Assembly: GCA_965238175.1 (NCBI GenBank)
Contig: CBDEGZ010000003.1
Span: 3,040,001-3,104,000 of the forward strand
DNA: 64,000 bases
Source: Gammaproteobacteria bacterium
GTDB lineage: Bacteria; Pseudomonadota; Gammaproteobacteria; CAJXQU01
Direction: 5' to 3'
Under the pieces are notes generated by a model. The model was not told the DNA's origin, did not search any database, and saw only the letters and a program-made list of their open reading frames with translations. This document shows positions 58,632 to 64,000 of this stretch, piece after piece; the stretch's first letter is position 1, and each line of letters opens with the position of its first letter. Both the position numbers and the translations under genes were made by a program.

Positions 58632-59538
58632 TTTCTGTCAGCACTCTTGCAGTTAACCAAGTTGCATAGCTTTGCATTGGTCCGAAATACCAGTATGGAT
58701 CTAATTTTCTTTCGTAACTTAACCTCCAGGTTATCTTCGTTTTACCTTCGTCAAAGGGTTCCAGAAAAACCTCTGATGATTTCCAGGTTAGATAATTACT
58801 GATGTAACTATCATCATGTGGGATCTCAAAACGGATATAGTTAGCATTAGATTCAGCCACACGAAATACAGTTGAGCCTTTATGAATATTACTAAAAATC
58901 CATTTTTTGTATTCAAAATTTAAACGTCTCTCGTCTCCAACGTCCAGACCTTCGCCGATCATATTAATAGGTAATGGGAAAACCCGTAAGAAAAAAGGTC
59001 GAGGCTGTGAAGGTATTAATGACTGCGATAAATTATCGCGAATAGAGCCAATACCCACATTGGCTACTCTCGAATATTCGACTTGCCCAAATCGATCAAA
59101 GGTTAAGCTCTCATGAGTGCCTTCCAAGGCTGTCATTGCAATAACAATGGTTAATGCGGAAAGCTGAATTTTATTATTTTCATTACGTGATTTTTTAATA
59201 CGTATAATCGTTGAAGTAAAAAATGCCGCTAGACTATATAAAATGGGTGATGCCATTATTATGCAAATAAAACCTTCTCTCAGCAGTGGTACAGACAATA
59301 ACAATGCAATTGTGAGCCACTTCATCGTTACACCAACAGGTGTTTTCGCATTTGGGGTAAGACTCAATCCTAACGCTAACAAAAATGGCAGACCAACATA
59401 TAAGGCGGCAGAACTACCTAGACTATTGTATTTAAGTACGTAATAAAAAAGGAACAACAAACCAATAAGCAGGATTATGTAAAACAACCTCCATTGACTA
59501 ATTGTTATTTTACGTTTGTTATTTTCTTCGTTATTCAT
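58612..59538 (-). CDS. Membrane protein with C-terminal SRPBCC-like domain
   Basis: N-terminal TMs with EG.ICI.MA.P; C-terminal T.ITW..SYER.LDP.WYFGP. Confidence 0.75.
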   Translation of the reverse strand: MNNEENNKRKITISQWRLFYIILLIGLLFLFYYVLKYNSLGSSAALYVGLPFLLALGLSLTPNAKTPVGVTMKWLTIALLLSVPLLREGFICIIMASPILYSLAAFFTSTIIRIKKSRNENNKIQLSALTIVIAMTALEGTHESLTFDRFGQVEYSRVANVGIGSIRDNLSQSLIPSQPRPFFLRVFPLPINMIGEGLDVGDERRLNFEYKKWIFSNIHKGSTVFRVAESNANYIRFEIPHDDSYISNYLTWKSSEVFLEPFDEGKTKITWRLSYERKLDPYWYFGPMQSYATWLTARVLTENAINRN

Positions 59539-59939
59539 TATTTCTTCACCATTTTAAGGTTATCAATTTTAGGAATATTCAATATCCACAAGGCAATATT
59601 CCGATAATCTCGTAAAAGCGGATAAAAAATATAAGAGAGAGCTTTTGATTTGAATAAGTAATAATTGATTCGATTGAACAGATCTGATCGGGAACTTAAA
59701 ACGGATAAAATATTAATTGCATCAGCACCGTAGTATATTTTTTCAGCAAATTTCACAACCATGCCACGTTCAATATCCAACCTCAACGCCGTTACTTCAT
59801 CCAAAATTGCAGAAGGATTCCGCACATCGATGAGTATAACTTCACCTACGTTTTTTTGGATTCGCACCATCTTAGAATACTGCTTACAAAATGGGCACTC
59901 CCCATCATAAACAACATAAAGTTTACTTCCTTGATCCAT
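59538..59939 (-). CDS. DCC1-like thiol-disulfide oxidoreductase (DUF393)
   Basis: VVYDGECPFC motif, Y.GADA; start could be 59939 or 59966. Confidence 0.88.
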   Translation of the reverse strand: MDQGSKLYVVYDGECPFCKQYSKMVRIQKNVGEVILIDVRNPSAILDEVTALRLDIERGMVVKFAEKIYYGADAINILSVLSSRSDLFNRINYYLFKSKALSYIFYPLLRDYRNIALWILNIPKIDNLKMVKK

Positions 59940-59973
59940 ATTCACTTGTTCACCTCTGACAGGCATGATAAAT

Positions 59974-60034
59974 TTAGTTAATAAGCTAATTAACTTAGTT
60001 TACTTAATATTTAGATAATTAGTCAATAGGCTAA
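59974..60034. promoter_or_regulatory. Two putative ArsR operator sites
   Basis: TTAGttaataagCTAA (59974-59989) and TTAGtcaataggCTAA (60019-60034) between the divergent genes. Confidence 0.7.
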
Positions 60035-60053
60035 ATAACAACATGGGCAAATC

Positions 60054-60356
60054 ATGGAAAAAGTATTTCAAGCTTTATCTTCTACTGTTCGCAGAAAGAT
60101 ATTAGCTTATCTTTCTGCGACAAGTTTGACTGCAGGGCAGATTTCTGAACGCTTTGAGATAAGCAAACCATCCTTATCAAAGCACCTAAGTATTCTAGAA
60201 AATGCAGGTCTTGTCACTGGAGAAAAGAAAGGTCAGTTTGTTCACTATAGCCTTGTGGAAGATAACCTGATTAATACTTTAAATGGCTTTGTACAGGAAG
60301 TTTGTCCCGTAGCAAAACCACTCAAAAAAGAAAGTAAAGCAAAAGCCAGGAAATAA
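60054..60356 (+). CDS. ArsR/SmtB family transcriptional regulator
   Basis: FQALS...RRKIL..L, AG.I...F.ISKPSLSKHL.IL..AGLV...K.GQFV.Y.L. Confidence 0.95.
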   Translation: MEKVFQALSSTVRRKILAYLSATSLTAGQISERFEISKPSLSKHLSILENAGLVTGEKKGQFVHYSLVEDNLINTLNGFVQEVCPVAKPLKKESKAKARK

Positions 60357-60502
60357 AATCCTTAGTACATTATTTTTTATTAAATATCTGTTACTGATTC
60401 CCTTACTTCTTATTCAATCAAACAACATTTGCTCAAAGTCCATTTTCTCTGTAAAAATACAAGCTAGAAACCTAAATCCTCAAGCAATGAGAATAATAAA
60501 AA

Positions 60503-61366
60503 ATGCACTCAAATATTTTTGGTAGGAATCAATATAGACAAAACTTAGGCCGTCGTCGTGGCGGTCTGGCTCTAAGATTATGGCCAATCCTTATCTTTGC
60601 TTTGTATCTCGCTTACTACTGGTTTTCGAACCAGGAGAAAGTACCGATGACGGATCGTAATCAATTAGTAGATTTAACCCGTGAAGAAGAAGCTGCATTG
60701 GGTTATCAATCTTATCAACAAGTTTTGAGTCAGGAAAATGTGATCCGTAATGGTGAACTAGTCGATCAAATCCGTGAAATTGGAGCACGTTTAGCGACCG
60801 CAGCAGCCGATGTAGACCCAGGATTTGAATGGGAATTCAATTTGATAGATTCACCTCAAGCAAATGCCTTTGCGCTACCGGGAGGTAAAGTCGCAGTCTA
60901 TACCGGTATTTTGGAGGTAACAGCCAATGTCGATGGCTTGAGTGCGGTCATGGGCCATGAAATTGCACATGCTATTGCGCGACATGGTGCTGAGCGAATG
61001 GCTTATCAGAAATTGATCCAGTGGGGCACGATGGCAATTTCGATTGCCGTTGGCGATATGGGTTATAACACCCAGAGAATGGTTCAAGGTGCGCTAGGAA
61101 TGGGATCAAAATATGGTGTTTTATTGCCTTTCTCACGTAGCCATGAATCAGAAGCCGATTACATGGGATTAATTTTCACTGCACGGGCATGTTATGACCC
61201 AAGAGAAGCACCGAAGTTATGGGAGCGGATGTCAGAGAAAAGTAAAGGACAACCACAGGAATTTACCTCGACTCATCCAAGTCACGAAACACGAATTAAA
61301 AAATTAAATGAGTGGATGCCTGAAGCATTAGAAGTTTACGAAAAAAATTGCAGTGGTGATTTTTGA
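60503..61366 (+). CDS. M48 family zinc metallopeptidase
   Basis: NAFALPGGKV.VYTG, GHEIAH, PFSRSHESEAD, STHP..E.RI. Confidence 0.95.
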   Translation: MHSNIFGRNQYRQNLGRRRGGLALRLWPILIFALYLAYYWFSNQEKVPMTDRNQLVDLTREEEAALGYQSYQQVLSQENVIRNGELVDQIREIGARLATAAADVDPGFEWEFNLIDSPQANAFALPGGKVAVYTGILEVTANVDGLSAVMGHEIAHAIARHGAERMAYQKLIQWGTMAISIAVGDMGYNTQRMVQGALGMGSKYGVLLPFSRSHESEADYMGLIFTARACYDPREAPKLWERMSEKSKGQPQEFTSTHPSHETRIKKLNEWMPEALEVYEKNCSGDF

Positions 61367-61545
61367 ATAATTATTTTTAGATCAATAATTTATACTATTT
61401 CAAATAAAAACTAACAATCAGGAAATTAGAATAGGTTAAGACTTAAGTCGGTAAAAAAGTAGCAAGCTCTAAGCGTCTGATCATTACTGTAGGAAAAATA
61501 GGGATGATAGCAAATAAAGCAGCGTATTTTTCAATAAACACGACT

Positions 61546-61815
61546 TTAGATGCCATCTTGCCTGAGGTTAAAAAGATTAAGCGTTTTTTTACGCTTAAAC
61601 CCAACAACCAGCCCTAATAATGCAGATCCACCATCCAGGCGGCCATCGGCGGAGATGCCAGAACTTCGCTAATAGTTTGCCAGTCGATTAAATCCTCCAA
61701 CCCTGTAAAGAAGGTGAAGGTAAACGCTGAAATATTTTGGGCGACACACCCAACGTTATAGTGACGATTAAGCTGGCTGTTAAAAAAAGGGTTGTAGTAT
61801 TGAGGTGTTTTTCAT
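61546..61815 (-). pseudogene. Decayed VPLPA/PEP-CTERM sorting-domain protein
   Basis: Across frameshifts: signal-like MKNTSILQPFF/LTASLIVTITLG, then PPMAAWM / GSALLGLVVGFKRKK. Confidence 0.6.
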
Positions 61816-61880
61816 GAGTGGTTTCTTTATTTTTGTTACATTCATTATTGGCAACCCGTTCCTTGGATTGTAGCTATGTC

Positions 61881-63449
61881 TTAACCTGACTTAAAATAAT
61901 TTTCCAGAAATTGATCAAACGGTAATTGATCCATTGCTTCAAGAGCATGTTGTTCATTGAGTGATAGTTCGACCATTTCTTCCATTTGACCAAACTGCTT
62001 ATCATCAACCGTTAAGTTAAAAAAGTAATCTCGATGCTGTTCTGATTTCTTCATCGCAAAATCAAAAAATGATTGATTATTTTCATGCATTTCAGCAATA
62101 ACTCTTGCAGATGGGAGCAGATCATTATTACTGACTTTTTTAATCTGAGCTTGTAAGGCTTCCGAATAATTTTTTGTTTCTGGATCAGCATCTAACATTT
62201 CACACACGCCGTGCATATTGTCGAGAATTTCTGTTATCCAATCTGTCAGTAAAATTGGTTTGCCATCCCTTGAAAGTATTAGATCTGGATTACGACCCGA
62301 ACATGCAGCTGTTGACTGGTTACGTTCAAATTCATGTCTCTCCTGATCATCCATCGGCGGACTGTCTTGCAATAAACAAAAAATTAATAAGGCTTCCATG
62401 AAGTGTAGCTGTTGTTCGTTCAGGCCAATCGGATCAAAAGGGTTTACATCCAATGCGCGGATTTCAACATATTTTATACCGCGAGTATCTAGTGCATGTG
62501 ACGGTGTCTCTCCTGACTCTGCGATCTGTTTTGGCCGTACAAAACTATAATATTCGTTCTCAATTTGCAGGATATTGGTATTGAGTTGACGATATTCCCC
62601 ATCGACTAAAACACCTATCTTTTCATAGTCCATACTTGGTGTTTTCACCGCCGCTCTAAGACTAGCAACGTATTCATCCAAAGAATTGTAGCTAATGACT
62701 ATGCCGTCTTGATTACTATTTTTGTAACCAATATCACTCATACGCAAGGAGGTTGCATGAGGCTCTGCACAGGATGAACAATCAAAGTCATCGAATTCAA
62801 CTAATCTTAATTTGGTAAAAGACGGACATACTGCAGGTGATGCACCAAATAGGTAAGAAACTATCCAGCCTATGCGTTGAAAATTTCTGATCATGCTCAT
62901 ATAAGATTCAGAAATAAAGCTCTGAGGATCAGACTGATCATTTTCTAGCGATTGGTATGCAGGCCAGAATTTTTCAGGTATCGAATAATTAAAATGGACG
63001 CCGGAAATTGCTTGCATCGCTCGACCATAGCGATGCGCAAGCCCATGTCGATAAATATGCTTCATCCGCCCCACATTTGAATTACCGTAGTCGGCGATAG
63101 GAATACTCTCATCATTTTCGAGCAAACATGGCATGCTGGTAGGCCACATCATTTCATCACCGAGCTGCGCATAAATAAAATGATGCAAATCGTTAAGAAA
63201 ACTAAGTGTGTCTTTAATATCCGCAAAAGGTGGTGTGATCAATTCCAGCAATGCTTCAGAATAATCCGTTGTAATATATGGATGAGTGAGCGTTGAGCCC
63301 AAAGTCACTGGATGTGGAGTTTGTGCAATATGACCAGCCGGCACGACTCGGAGACTCTCTTTTTCAATCCCCTTAAGTCCACCCTGTAGCAAAAAGCGAT
63401 ATTTTGGTTCGTCGAGCACTTTAAGACGTTCTTCTAATTTTTTGTACAA
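61881..63449 (-). CDS. gshA: Glutamate-cysteine ligase
   Basis: GIEKESLRV, THPYITTDYSEALLELITP, MQAISGVHFNYS, ATSLRMSD.GY, LQIENEYY, YVEIRALD. Confidence 0.97.
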   Translation of the reverse strand: MYKKLEERLKVLDEPKYRFLLQGGLKGIEKESLRVVPAGHIAQTPHPVTLGSTLTHPYITTDYSEALLELITPPFADIKDTLSFLNDLHHFIYAQLGDEMMWPTSMPCLLENDESIPIADYGNSNVGRMKHIYRHGLAHRYGRAMQAISGVHFNYSIPEKFWPAYQSLENDQSDPQSFISESYMSMIRNFQRIGWIVSYLFGASPAVCPSFTKLRLVEFDDFDCSSCAEPHATSLRMSDIGYKNSNQDGIVISYNSLDEYVASLRAAVKTPSMDYEKIGVLVDGEYRQLNTNILQIENEYYSFVRPKQIAESGETPSHALDTRGIKYVEIRALDVNPFDPIGLNEQQLHFMEALLIFCLLQDSPPMDDQERHEFERNQSTAACSGRNPDLILSRDGKPILLTDWITEILDNMHGVCEMLDADPETKNYSEALQAQIKKVSNNDLLPSARVIAEMHENNQSFFDFAMKKSEQHRDYFFNLTVDDKQFGQMEEMVELSLNEQHALEAMDQLPFDQFLENYFKSG

Positions 63450-63578
63450 AAAAAATCCTGCACTTTCTTTTAAGAAAATTCGAATCCATAAAATACATTA
63501 AAATCAGCTTTTTTGATATGAGAAAATTACGAGATCGGTTTTATTACTAACACCCGATCAGAGCTAGGAACAACTATG

Positions 63579-64000
63579 TTAGGAATTCCCAGGACGATTC
63601 TGGTGGCCATTAAAAGCATCTTCAAGGACTTTATTTGTGATCTTTTTAACTCTTTCTAAACTGGCCTGTTGTTCTTCAGTAAGGTTTCCATGCTCAATTG
63701 TTGTGTTATCATCAGAGGTGAGCCAATCTGCCAATTCAAGTGGTGTGCCAGGATCATCATTATGTTTTTTTAGTTGCTCTAAAATTTCATTATTATGGGC
63801 TTCTTGAGATTTCGCCAATAAAGCTGCATCTTCAGCAGTTGTATTTGAATCATCAGCTTGATTGGATTGACGTTCTTTAGCTTCACTTATGGTTTTTTCA
63901 ACTTGCTTGTCATTTACATTACCAATCGATTCGATATCCATTAGTAGTGGTACTTCATTAACCACATTTGAATCATCATTAACTTTTTCAACTTGTTGCG
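63579..64000 (-). CDS. Acidic hypothetical protein, C-terminal part (enters from right edge)
   Basis: Frame is open from the window end (QQVEKVNDDSNVVNEVP...) to the stop at 63579. Confidence 0.65.
   Translation of the reverse strand, partial: QQVEKVNDDSNVVNEVPLLMDIESIGNVNDKQVEKTISEAKERQSNQADDSNTTAEDAALLAKSQEAHNNEILEQLKKHNDDPGTPLELADWLTSDDNTTIEHGNLTEEQQASLERVKKITNKVLEDAFNGHQNRPGNS

Overview
AT-rich (~40% GC, estimated by eye) gammaproteobacterial chromosome segment. A squalene/phytoene synthase, a decayed VPLPA-CTERM gene and a membrane monoheme protein suggest Methylococcales or a relative (inference). The housekeeping backbone contains mscL, pckG, rhlE, arfB, htpG, mutS, katA, zapA/zapB-like, ygfB-pepP-ubiH-ubiI and gshA. 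It is interrupted by IS-rich, decaying accessory patches. At the left edge are toxin/immunity remnants with IS3 and IS256 fragments. The 29.7-39.7 kb region holds a chemoreceptor inactivated twice (IS30 in its sigma-28 promoter, IS481 in its ORF), an IS1111-type IS110 element whose bridge/seek RNA guides can be read against its own target and donor, an Rhs remnant with immunity genes, and a repeat-bounded tandem pair of acidic paralogues. The most notable uncharacterised genes are a 2730-aa single-chain surface protein (Gly-rich tip, DUF11/SdrD-B stalk, OmpA domain, large C-terminal beta-barrel) lying between zapB and ygfB, an internally duplicated 1360-aa membrane protein, a DUF1538x2-PII-CBS operon coupled to mutS, and an ArsR-controlled DCC1/SRPBCC/methyltransferase operon. 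No rRNA, tRNA or CRISPR array was seen. All family assignments come from motif recognition, not database searches.
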